The notes beneath the pieces were generated by a model that saw only the letters and a program-made list of their open reading frames with translations, ran no database searches and had not been told where the DNA came from. Position numbers and translations under genes: made by a program. A stretch of DNA of 48,209 bases from the NCBI GenBank assembly GCA_964583325.1, contig CAZOXJ010000003.1, positions 1 through 48,209 of the forward strand, in the 5' to 3' direction. The stretch is from an uncultured Lentimicrobiaceae bacterium (lineage in GTDB: Bacteria; Bacteroidota; Bacteroidia; Bacteroidales; UBA4417). Within the stretch, counting starts at the first letter, position 1. Each line of letters starts with the position of its first letter. Shown here one piece after another: positions 18,065 to 26,826 of the stretch.

Positions 18065-19357
18065 TTACAAATTGGAAATATCGGCGAAAGCAATGTTTGC
18101 ATATTCTCCGTTTAATAGTTTTGCATTTATTTCCTTGAAAGCTTCGATGGTATACTTTACGTCTTCCAGTGTATGAACTGCGGTAGGAATAAGTCTGAGC
18201 ATTATAACTCCCTTTGGAACAACAGGGTAAGTAACAATTGAGCAGAAAATATTATATTTTTCGCGCATCTCAACTGTAATGTTAGTTGCTTCCGGGATAG
18301 TGCCATTCAGCATTACAGGAGTAACAGGAGATTCCGTATTTCCTATATTGAAACCGGCATCACGAAGTCCTTTCTGCAAGGCTTCGACGATACTCCACAA
18401 ATTCTTCCTGAGCTCAGGTTGAGTGCGGACCAGGTCAAGGCGTTTTAAAGCGCCTATTGTCATTGGCATTGGAAGTGATTTGGCGAATATCTGCGAACGC
18501 ATATTGTGTTTCAAGAAATCGATTATTTCTGCGTTTGACGCAATAAATCCACCTATCCCGGCCATTGATTTGGCAAAAGTGCCAAAATACAAATCAACTC
18601 CATCCTGAACGCCAAAATGCTCATCAGTACCGGCACCGGTCGGACCCATTGTACCAAATCCATGAGCGTCATCAATCAGTAACCTGAAATTGAATTCTTT
18701 TTTTAATTCAACGATTTCTTTAATTTTACCAAGATCGCCTGACATGCCATAAACACCTTCGGTGATAACCAGTATTCCACCACCGGTTTGTTCTGTAAGC
18801 CTGGTGGCTCTTTCGAGACCTTTACGCAGGTTTTCCATATTGTTGTGAGGGTATACAAACCTTTTGCCCATATGCAGCCTCATGCCATCAATAATGCAAG
18901 CATGTGCTTCGCTGTCGTAAACAATTACGTCGTTGCGATCGACCATTGAGTCGATAACGGAAATCATTCCCTGGTAACCATAATTTAACAGAAAGGAAGC
19001 TTCTTTATTAACAAATGCAGCAAGTTCGCGTTCAAGTTGTTCGTGATACACTGTCTGGCCGCTCATCATACGTGCTCCCATCGGATAAGCCATTCCCCAT
19101 TTTGCTGCAGCATCGGCATCTGCTTTGCGCACTTCAGGATGATTAGCCAATCCGAGGTAGTTATTAAGGCTCCATACAAGGCGCTCTTTTCCCCTGAAAA
19201 TCATTTTATTCCCAATTTCACCTTCCAGTTTAGGAAACATAAAATATCCGTCGGCTTGCTTGGCATACATTCCAAGAGGGCCCAGATTACGAACACGTTT
19301 TTCAAAAAGATCCACAATATCAGTGTTTAAGGTTAATGTTATATTTTTGTGCTGCAA
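18065..19357 (-). CDS. PLP-dependent alpha-oxoamine synthase family acyltransferase (serine palmitoyltransferase / KBL / AONS-like)
   Basis: 'NNYLGLANHPEV', 'DDAHGFG', and the PLP-lysine motif 'GTFAKSMAGIGGF'. The start is uncertain: TTG at 19357 gives 430 aa, while the in-frame ATG at 19270 gives 401 aa. A TAgtTTTG box at 19355-19362 overlaps the TTG. Confidence 0.85.
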   Translation of the reverse strand: MQHKNITLTLNTDIVDLFEKRVRNLGPLGMYAKQADGYFMFPKLEGEIGNKMIFRGKERLVWSLNNYLGLANHPEVRKADADAAAKWGMAYPMGARMMSGQTVYHEQLERELAAFVNKEASFLLNYGYQGMISVIDSMVDRNDVIVYDSEAHACIIDGMRLHMGKRFVYPHNNMENLRKGLERATRLTEQTGGGILVITEGVYGMSGDLGKIKEIVELKKEFNFRLLIDDAHGFGTMGPTGAGTDEHFGVQDGVDLYFGTFAKSMAGIGGFIASNAEIIDFLKHNMRSQIFAKSLPMPMTIGALKRLDLVRTQPELRKNLWSIVEALQKGLRDAGFNIGNTESPVTPVMLNGTIPEATNITVEMREKYNIFCSIVTYPVVPKGVIMLRLIPTAVHTLEDVKYTIEAFKEINAKLLNGEYANIAFADISNL

Positions 19358-19439
19358 AACTACTAAACTTTATAAGAAGGTTGATTGTTTGATGAAAACA
19401 ATTTAAAGCTACAATTGAAAATCTTCGTAATTTGCACGT

Positions 19440-20780
19440 ATGTCAGGGACTTCAGATAAAATCCAAACTATTGCAGTATTTTGGTTCAGGCGCGATTTAA
19501 GATTGCATGATAATGCCGGCTTATTTCATGCTTTAACTTCGGGTTTTAAAGTTTTACCTGTGTTTATATTTGATTCTGCAATATTAGACAAACTCAATGG
19601 CGATGATAAGAGGGTGAGTTTTATTTCCCAGGCGCTTGATTCTATAAACCACATTTTAGCTAAGTATCAGACAACGGTTCAATTGTTTTATGGTAAACCG
19701 GCCCTGATATTTAATCAATTGCTTGCCACTTATTCAATAAGTACCGTGTTTGCTAATCATGATTATGAGCCTTATGCGCTGGAACGCGATCAGCAGGTAA
19801 AAGCACTTCTGGCTGAAAAGGGCGTTTTGTTCCGCACATTCAAGGACCAGGTTGTTTTCGAAAAAGATGAGGTTGTAAAGCCTGATGGCGAACCTTACAC
19901 TGTTTTTACGCCATACAGCCGCAAATGGCTCGAAAAACTCAATAATAATGCCGGGGTTTTACATTGCTGGAATTCATCCGACTATATTCACAACTTTTTT
20001 GAAACAGAAACGAACCGAAAATTAGAGATAAGTGACTTTGGGTTTAACGAAATTTCAAACATTTTCAAGCCTTTTGAGCTTAATGAACAAATCCTTCAAT
20101 TGTACGATAAAACCCGTGATTTCCCGGCTCTGGATTCAACAAGTAAGGTGAGTGTGCATTTGCGTTTCGGAACGGTGAGCGTTAGGGATCTTGTTGCAAA
20201 AGCGCTCACAATCAATCCTGTATGGCTTAACGAACTTATATGGCGCGAATTTTTTATGCAGATTTTATGGCATTTTCCACATGTAGTTAATAAACCTTTT
20301 AAACCTAGATATCAATTTATCAATTGGTTAAATAACGAATCCGATTTTAATAGCTGGTGTAAAGGAGAAACTGGCTTTCCGATGGTAGATGCCGGCATGC
20401 GCGAACTCAATGAAACCGGATTTATGCATAACAGGGTTCGAATGGTTACTGCCAGCTTCCTGGTAAAGCATCTTCTGGTTAACTGGCAATGGGGCGAAGC
20501 TTATATGGCCACTAAATTACTCGACTTTGAACTGTCATCGAACAATGGAAACTGGCAATGGGCAGCTGGAACAGGTTGTGATTCAGCGCCTTATTTCCGT
20601 ATTTTTAATCCTATGAGCCAGGCCGAAAAATTTGATTCGAAAAATATATACATAAAAAAATGGGTTCCCGAATTTGGAAGCAGTTCCTATATTCAACCTA
20701 TAGTTGATCATAGTTTTGCACGTTCACGCTGTCTCGAAACTTATAAATCCGCGCTGGAATCATCTTTTAATAATATTTAA
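19440..20780 (+). CDS. Cryptochrome/photolyase family protein (deoxyribodipyrimidine photolyase or Cry-DASH)
   Basis: 'FWFRRDLRLHDN', 'GFMHNRVRMVTASFLVKHL', 'WQWAAGTGCDSAPYFRIFNP'. Confidence 0.88.
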   Translation: MSGTSDKIQTIAVFWFRRDLRLHDNAGLFHALTSGFKVLPVFIFDSAILDKLNGDDKRVSFISQALDSINHILAKYQTTVQLFYGKPALIFNQLLATYSISTVFANHDYEPYALERDQQVKALLAEKGVLFRTFKDQVVFEKDEVVKPDGEPYTVFTPYSRKWLEKLNNNAGVLHCWNSSDYIHNFFETETNRKLEISDFGFNEISNIFKPFELNEQILQLYDKTRDFPALDSTSKVSVHLRFGTVSVRDLVAKALTINPVWLNELIWREFFMQILWHFPHVVNKPFKPRYQFINWLNNESDFNSWCKGETGFPMVDAGMRELNETGFMHNRVRMVTASFLVKHLLVNWQWGEAYMATKLLDFELSSNNGNWQWAAGTGCDSAPYFRIFNPMSQAEKFDSKNIYIKKWVPEFGSSSYIQPIVDHSFARSRCLETYKSALESSFNNI

Positions 20781-20837
20781 CTAAATGTAGGCAATACCTG
20801 CTATATATAAGCGTTTCATAATTCGGGTTAAAATTTG

Positions 20838-20845
20838 TACTTTTG
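20838..20845 (+). promoter_or_regulatory. Candidate -7 box (TActTTTG) ending 4 nt before the bamD ATG
   Basis: Exact TAnnTTTG match. The ATG at 20850 would lie at or next to the predicted transcription start, giving a leaderless mRNA. Confidence 0.4.
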
Positions 20846-20849
20846 CAGC

Positions 20850-21644
20850 ATGATCAGAAAACCGGTTATCTATATAGTTTTGGTGTTATCCTCAGTGATA
20901 ATGTCATGCAGTCCTTATCAGAAACTTTTAAAAGGCTCGGACAGTGAACTTAAATATACAAAGGCACTTGAATACTACGAGAAGAAAGATTATCTGAAAG
21001 CTCAACAACTTTTTGAGCAGATACAATCAATCTTCAGGGGAACCGATAAGGCGGAGAAAATAGCTTATTACAATGCTCAATGCTATTACAAGCAGCGCGA
21101 TTACATACTTGCCGGTTATTATTTTAAGTCATTTGTAACCAATTTTTCCACAAGTGCTTATGCCGAAGAAGCACTGTTTTTAAGTGCATATTGCAATTAC
21201 CTCGACTCACCCCGCTCATCGCTCGACCAAACTTCCACTTCCGCGGCAATATCATCCCTTCAGATTTTTATAAACCAATATCCCAAGAGCAGCAGGGTTC
21301 CCGAATGCAATACCCTCATTGACGAACTTCGTTCAAAGCTCGAAAAGAAAGATATTGACATCGCTCTGCTTTATTACAAAATGTCCGATTACAAAGCAGC
21401 TGTTGTTTCCTTTAATAATGTTCTGAAGGATTATCCTGATACCAAATCCAAAGAGTTAATACTCTATTCGATATTACAATCAAAATACCAGTATGCCATT
21501 AACAGTGTTTTTGAAAAAAGGCGCGAACGCTTAACTGATGCCATGGATGCTTACGATGAACTTGCGGCAGGTTTTCCTGTAGGGGACTACAGCGATAAAG
21601 CCCTGGTAATCAAAAATGACATTTTAAAAGTATTAAACAATTAA
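20850..21644 (+). CDS. bamD: Outer membrane protein assembly factor BamD (TPR lipoprotein)
   Basis: Lipoprotein signal 'VLVLSSVIMSC'. TPR-like repeats ('YTKALEYYEKKDYLKAQQLFEQ', 'AYYNAQCYYKQRDYILAGYYF', 'IALLYYKMSDYKAAVVSF'). Conserved position upstream of rpoZ-coaBC. Confidence 0.8.
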   Translation: MIRKPVIYIVLVLSSVIMSCSPYQKLLKGSDSELKYTKALEYYEKKDYLKAQQLFEQIQSIFRGTDKAEKIAYYNAQCYYKQRDYILAGYYFKSFVTNFSTSAYAEEALFLSAYCNYLDSPRSSLDQTSTSAAISSLQIFINQYPKSSRVPECNTLIDELRSKLEKKDIDIALLYYKMSDYKAAVVSFNNVLKDYPDTKSKELILYSILQSKYQYAINSVFEKRRERLTDAMDAYDELAAGFPVGDYSDKALVIKNDILKVLNN

Positions 21645-21669
21645 TTCACGACCACCAACAACTAATCAA

Positions 21670-22005
21670 ATGGATATAAAAAAGTTAAAAATTGAAACTA
21701 CTACCATTACCCGTAATATGTCGGAACTAAACGAACCGACCGACAATATCTACGAATCAGTTTCAATCATTGCCAAGAGAGCAAACCAGATTGCCCAGGA
21801 AATTAAAGAAGAATTGAACTCCAAGATTGAAGAGTTTGCAACCCCCAGCGATAACCTGGAGGAAGTTTTTGAAAACCGAGAGCAAATTGAGCTTGCAAAA
21901 TATTACGAAAACCTTCCCAAACCTACACTTATTGCTACCAACGAATTTCTGAAAGATCAGATTTTTTCGCGCAATCCGCTGAAAGAAAAAGGCAACGAGT
22001 GGTAA
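21670..22005 (+). CDS. rpoZ: DNA-directed RNA polymerase subunit omega (Bacteroidota long form)
   Basis: 111 aa; 'NIYESVSIIAKRANQI' matches the omega core helix. Conserved bamD-rpoZ-coaBC context. Confidence 0.7.
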   Translation: MDIKKLKIETTTITRNMSELNEPTDNIYESVSIIAKRANQIAQEIKEELNSKIEEFATPSDNLEEVFENREQIELAKYYENLPKPTLIATNEFLKDQIFSRNPLKEKGNEW

Positions 22006-22007
22006 AT

Positions 22008-22015
22008 TACTTTTG
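22008..22015 (+). promoter_or_regulatory. Candidate -7 box (TActTTTG) immediately after the rpoZ stop, 9 nt before the coaBC ATG
   Basis: Exact TAnnTTTG match; the coaBC ATG is at 22025. Confidence 0.35.
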
Positions 22016-22024
22016 CGTGAAAGG

Positions 22025-23224
22025 ATGCTAAAAGGAAAAAAAATTCTTATTGGAATTACAGGAGGTATTGCAGCTTATAAAATCCCTTTCCTGGTGCGAC
22101 TTCTGATTAAAGAAGGTGCCGCGGTTAAAGTTATTATGACTGCCGAAGCCTGTAACTTTGTCACTCCTCTTACACTTTCCGCTCTATCGCAAAACCCGGT
22201 TTCAATTGAGCCTTTCAACCAATCAGATGGTACATGGCACAGTCATATTGAACTTGGAAGCTGGGCCGATGCATTTTTATTAGCTCCGCTTACTGCCAAT
22301 ACTATGGCAAAAATGGCTACCGGAATTACTGACAGTCTCCTCTTAGCTACTTATCTTGCAGCCCGTTGCCCGGTATTTTTCGCACCTTCGATGGATGTGG
22401 ATATGTACCACCACAAAACAACTCAGCAAAATATATCGACATTGCAATCTCATGGCAATTTGCTCATTGCGCCTCAGGCAGGAGAACTTGCCAGTGGGTT
22501 GACCGGAATGGGGCGTCTTGAAGAGCCACAGCAAATTATCGAAATTCTTCGGAATTATTTTTCGAAAAAACTGACACTTGCAGGTAAACATGTACTTATT
22601 TCGAGTGGTCCTACAGTTGAATCCATCGATCCGGTGAGATACATCAGTAACCATTCGACCGGTCGCATGGGCTATGCACTTGCTCTTGAAGCTGCAATGC
22701 GCGGAGCACAGGTTACGTTTATTTCCGGACCAGTGAATACATATCCTGATCATCACTCAATTAAAGTAGTAAAAGTTACATCTGCAGCTGAAATGCACTC
22801 GGCCCTTACAGGTATTTTCGATCAGGCAGATATTACCATAATGGCCGCCGCAATTGCTGATTACACGCCACAAAATCCTGCAGCAGAAAAACTTAAAAAG
22901 AAGGAAGATGTTATGACATTAAACCTGGTCAAAACAATTGATATCCTTTCTGATTTAGGTAAGCGGAAAAATCAAAAACAGATACTTGTTGGATTTGCTC
23001 TGGAAACCAATAATGAACTGCCGAATGCTTCCATTAAATTAAAATCAAAAAACCTTGATTTCATTATTCTTAATTCATTGAAGGATGAAAGTTCAGGGTT
23101 TGGATTTGATACCAACAAAATAAGTATTATCGACAAAGATCTGAATGTCAGCGTATTTGACCTGAAAACCAAATCAGAAGTTGCTGCTGATATTTTTGAT
23201 CATATTCAGCAAACAAATGTTTAG
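22025..23224 (+). CDS. coaBC: Bifunctional phosphopantothenoylcysteine decarboxylase / phosphopantothenate-cysteine ligase
   Basis: Flavoprotein domain 'KKILIGITGGIAAYK', 'APLTANTMAKMATGI'; DFP domain 'ISSGPTVESIDPVRYISNHSTGRMG'. Start set at the ATG at 22025. Confidence 0.93.
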   Translation: MLKGKKILIGITGGIAAYKIPFLVRLLIKEGAAVKVIMTAEACNFVTPLTLSALSQNPVSIEPFNQSDGTWHSHIELGSWADAFLLAPLTANTMAKMATGITDSLLLATYLAARCPVFFAPSMDVDMYHHKTTQQNISTLQSHGNLLIAPQAGELASGLTGMGRLEEPQQIIEILRNYFSKKLTLAGKHVLISSGPTVESIDPVRYISNHSTGRMGYALALEAAMRGAQVTFISGPVNTYPDHHSIKVVKVTSAAEMHSALTGIFDQADITIMAAAIADYTPQNPAAEKLKKKEDVMTLNLVKTIDILSDLGKRKNQKQILVGFALETNNELPNASIKLKSKNLDFIILNSLKDESSGFGFDTNKISIIDKDLNVSVFDLKTKSEVAADIFDHIQQTNV

Positions 23225-23248
23225 TCTTTTACTCTAGTAACTAAATAC

Positions 23249-24151
23249 ATGATCCGTAACATAATTGTTTTTCTGTTTTTGAGTGTTCCGTTTCTTGCCG
23301 GAGCCCAGGAGTTCATGTGCCAGGTTTCGGTAAATGCACCGCAGATCGAAGGTTCCGAGAAAAAAGTTTTTCAAACATTGCAGTCAGAAATTTATGAGTT
23401 TGTCAATAATCGTAAGTGGACTAATTTTGTTTTCAAAACTGAAGAAAGGATTGAATGTTCAATCATGATCACAATCACTGAACGAACCTCCAGTGACCAG
23501 TTTAAAGGTAAGATTAATGTAGTATTACAGCGGCCTGTATATAAAACCAGCTATAATACAAATTTGCTGAACCTGGTCGATAATGATTTTACTTTCCGCT
23601 ATGTCGAATATGCACCTCTTGAGTATAATGATGATGCTTTCACCTCAAATTTAACATCAACCATTGCATATTACCTTTATATAATGCTTGGGATTGATGC
23701 CGATTCGTTTAGTAAAACCGGAGGAACACCATATTATGAAAAGGCACGTGCCGTTGTAAATGCAGCTCAAAATGCTCCCGATCGCGGCTGGAAAGCTTTT
23801 GAAAGTCAGAAAAATCGTTACTGGCTGGTAGAAAACCTTATGAATAACACATATAGTCAGTTTCGTGATGGTTTATATTCCTACCATAGAGGTGGTTTAG
23901 ATATCATGGCAGAAAACATGGATCTGGGTCGGGGAGGTATAAATGATTGTCTTGAAAGTATTCAAAGGGTTAACCGCGAAAAAACCGGGCTTTATATTGT
24001 TCAGCTTTTTATTGAAGCTAAAAGAGACGAACTTATAAACATATATTCGCAAGCCGCGCCAATGGATAAAACCAAGGCGGTGAACATACTCAAGGAAATT
24101 GATCCTGCCAATTCGTCGAAGTATCAGCAGATCATGCAACAAAGCAAGTAA
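23249..24151 (+). CDS. Secreted DUF4835-family protein (function unknown)
   Basis: Signal peptide 'MIRNIIVFLFLSVPFLAGAQ'; ~300 aa. The position between coaBC and recN is typical of this Bacteroidota family. I weakly recall that some annotations link the family to type IX secretion; this is unverified. Confidence 0.55.
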   Translation: MIRNIIVFLFLSVPFLAGAQEFMCQVSVNAPQIEGSEKKVFQTLQSEIYEFVNNRKWTNFVFKTEERIECSIMITITERTSSDQFKGKINVVLQRPVYKTSYNTNLLNLVDNDFTFRYVEYAPLEYNDDAFTSNLTSTIAYYLYIMLGIDADSFSKTGGTPYYEKARAVVNAAQNAPDRGWKAFESQKNRYWLVENLMNNTYSQFRDGLYSYHRGGLDIMAENMDLGRGGINDCLESIQRVNREKTGLYIVQLFIEAKRDELINIYSQAAPMDKTKAVNILKEIDPANSSKYQQIMQQSK

Positions 24152-24172
24152 GCTTAATTCAACGCTATTTCT

Positions 24173-24180
24173 TATATTTG
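24173..24180 (+). promoter_or_regulatory. Candidate -7 box (TAtaTTTG) upstream of recN
   Basis: Exact TAnnTTTG match, 26 nt upstream of the ATG at 24206. Confidence 0.4.
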
Positions 24181-24205
24181 CTTACCAAAAGCTAAACAAC
24201 AAGAC

Positions 24206-25867
24206 ATGCTACTGCATTTGTCAGTCGAAAATTTTATACTTATCCCTCAGCTCGAAATAAGCTTTCATAAGGGATTTACTTGCATTACAGGTGAAACCGG
24301 TGCTGGAAAATCAATACTGGTTGGAGCTCTCTCGCTTATTCTGGGACAACGGGCTGATACTTCGGTTTTAAGAGATAAAAATCAAAAATGTATCGTTGAA
24401 GGAAGTTTCTTGATTGAGGGTTATAATCTCAATACTCTCTTCGAAAAAAACGATCTGGATTATGAACCTACTTCAGTATTCCGGCGGGAAATAAATCCAC
24501 AGGGGAAATCGCGTGCTTTTATCAATGACACACCTGTAAATCTGAATGTTCTGAAAGAAATAGGCGATAGACTTGTTGATATTCACTCCCAACATCAAAC
24601 CCTTGAGCTGAATGATTCAGCATTTCAGCTAGGCATGGTTGATTCCTATGCAAGTAATCAGCAAACACTTGTATCGTATCGCAAATTGTTCAGCGAGTAT
24701 AATTCAATAAAAGCTGAGCTTGATGAATGTACAAAAAAAGAGCAGCAAAGTCTGAACGAACGCGAATACCTGAATTTCCAGTTTGATGAGTTGGAAAAAG
24801 CAAACCTTATTGCTACAGAGCAGGAGGAGGCTGAAGAAGAACTCGAAATACTTACTCACGCTGAGGAAATAAAATCGAGAACTTTTACCTCACTGGGATT
24901 GCTTGCTGATCATGAGATGAATGTAACAGATCGTTTATCCGAAGTCAAGCAGCTTCTTGATCAGGCAAGCCGGTTCAGTCATCATATTACTCCATTTGCC
25001 GAGCGAATCGAGGGTAGTCTTATCGAATTAAAAGATATAGCCAACGAACTTCGGATTTTTTCCGAACAGGTACATTTTGATCCTGAGCGAATTGAAAAAC
25101 TTGGGCAACGGCTTGATCTTATTTATCACCTGGAGCAGAAACACAGGGTTAAATCGGTTAGCGAGCTTCTGGTTATAATGAATGAATTATCAGAAAAGCT
25201 TTTTGCAATAAGTTCGCTCGAAACCCGGATTGAAGAGCTTAACAAGGCTTTACAAATCAAGGAAAGTGAACTTTTGGAGGTTTCTACTGTTCTTTTTAAG
25301 CTGAGGAAACAGGTTATTCCTAATATTGAAACAGAAATGCACAAAGTGCTTGAAAATTTAGGGATGCCTTCAGCTAAATTCATCATTAAGCAGGAGCCTT
25401 TGAATTATTTTTCAGCATCCGGAACGGATAAAATCACCTTTCTCTTTTCTGCAAATAAAGGCGGGGAAACCCGTGAAATTCAAAAAGTTGCCTCAGGTGG
25501 CGAGTTATCCCGCCTTATGCTGGCTTTGAAATCATTGGTATTAAACCGCAGCTTACTTCCGACTATCCTTTTCGATGAAATAGATACCGGCGTTTCGGGC
25601 GATATAGCAGGAAAAGTAGGTACTATTATGCGGAATATGTCAATCCATATGCAGGTAATAGCTATCACACACCTTCCTCAGATTGCAGGAAAAGCTGACA
25701 GTCATTTACTTGCGTATAAACAGGATGGTGATACCACAACTATCTCGAGTATGCGGATTCTTTCGAGCGAAGACAGGGTAAACGAAATTGCCCGTATGTT
25801 AAGCGACGAAACCATTACCGAATCAGCTAAAATCACTGCCAGGGAGTTATTAAACTTCCGTAATTGA
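24206..25867 (+). CDS. recN: DNA repair protein RecN
   Basis: Walker A 'GETGAGKSIL', long central coiled coil, SMC signature 'ASGGELSRLMLALK', Walker B 'ILFDEIDTGVSG'. Confidence 0.93.
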   Translation: MLLHLSVENFILIPQLEISFHKGFTCITGETGAGKSILVGALSLILGQRADTSVLRDKNQKCIVEGSFLIEGYNLNTLFEKNDLDYEPTSVFRREINPQGKSRAFINDTPVNLNVLKEIGDRLVDIHSQHQTLELNDSAFQLGMVDSYASNQQTLVSYRKLFSEYNSIKAELDECTKKEQQSLNEREYLNFQFDELEKANLIATEQEEAEEELEILTHAEEIKSRTFTSLGLLADHEMNVTDRLSEVKQLLDQASRFSHHITPFAERIEGSLIELKDIANELRIFSEQVHFDPERIEKLGQRLDLIYHLEQKHRVKSVSELLVIMNELSEKLFAISSLETRIEELNKALQIKESELLEVSTVLFKLRKQVIPNIETEMHKVLENLGMPSAKFIIKQEPLNYFSASGTDKITFLFSANKGGETREIQKVASGGELSRLMLALKSLVLNRSLLPTILFDEIDTGVSGDIAGKVGTIMRNMSIHMQVIAITHLPQIAGKADSHLLAYKQDGDTTTISSMRILSSEDRVNEIARMLSDETITESAKITARELLNFRN

Positions 25868-25926
25868 TTTTGGTGACATTTATGAACTAACACATCAATT
25901 TAGAATTATTAATTAAAACAGATACA

Positions 25927-26793
25927 ATGGCTTACAATTTACTCAAAGGTAAAAAGGGAATCATTTTCGGTGCACTTAACGACATGTCGATTGCATGGAA
26001 AGTAGCAGAAAAAGCACACGAGGAAGGTGCTCAGTTTGTGCTCACAAACACACCTATGGCTCTTCGTCTTGGCGATACACATCATTTAGCCGAAGCAACA
26101 AATTCAATAATAGTGCCCGCTGATGCCACCAGTATTCCGGACCTGGAAAATGTTTTCAAAAAAACAATGGAGCATTTCGATGGAAAAATTGATTTTATCC
26201 TTCATTCCATAGGTATGTCGCCTAACGTGCGTAAGAAAATTCCTTACGATGCACTTAACTACGAAAATTACCTGAAAACCCTTGATATTTCTGCTATTTC
26301 ATTTCATAAAGTAATACAGACTGCCAAGAAATTTGATGCTTTAAATGAATGGGGGTCCATTGTAGCTTTATCGTATGTTGCAGCTCAACGGACACTTTTT
26401 GAGTATAATGATATGGCTGATGCAAAAGCTGCTTTGGAGAGCATTGCACGTAGCTTTGGCTATATTTACGGACGCGAAAAGCATATCCGTATTAATACCG
26501 TTTCGCAGTCGCCAACGCTTACTACCGCTGGTAGTGGAGTAAAAGGAATAGGTGGTTTGATGGATTTCACTGAACGGATGTCGCCTTTAGGAAATGCTAC
26601 TGCTGACGAATGTGCTGATTATTGCCTCACTCTTTTCAGCGATTTAACCCGCAAAGTAACTATGCAGAATCTTTTCAATGATGGAGGTTTCTCAAGTATG
26701 GGTATGAGCGCACGCGCCATGGAAATGTATAATAAAAGCCTCGATTGCCGCGATTGCCACGATCATCCGGATAACTGCAAAATCGATGAATAG
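25927..26793 (+). CDS. fabI: Enoyl-[acyl-carrier-protein] reductase (NADH), FabI type, with a Cys/His-rich C-terminal tail
   Basis: 'GKKGIIFGALNDMSIAW', 'LHSIGMSP', 'LSYVAAQRTLFEYNDMADAKAALES', 'INTVSQSP'. The tail is 'LDCRDCHDHPDNCKIDE'. Confidence 0.88.
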   Translation: MAYNLLKGKKGIIFGALNDMSIAWKVAEKAHEEGAQFVLTNTPMALRLGDTHHLAEATNSIIVPADATSIPDLENVFKKTMEHFDGKIDFILHSIGMSPNVRKKIPYDALNYENYLKTLDISAISFHKVIQTAKKFDALNEWGSIVALSYVAAQRTLFEYNDMADAKAALESIARSFGYIYGREKHIRINTVSQSPTLTTAGSGVKGIGGLMDFTERMSPLGNATADECADYCLTLFSDLTRKVTMQNLFNDGGFSSMGMSARAMEMYNKSLDCRDCHDHPDNCKIDE

Positions 26794-26826
26794 AACTTTA
26801 TTTACTTTTAACAGAGTAGATCAATC

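Noticed and set aside
19355-19362. Minus-strand TAgtTTTG box as a promoter feature for the alpha-oxoamine synthase gene.
   Set aside because: It overlaps the candidate TTG start codon, so calling both would be contradictory. I recorded it as start-site uncertainty in the CDS and the finding instead.
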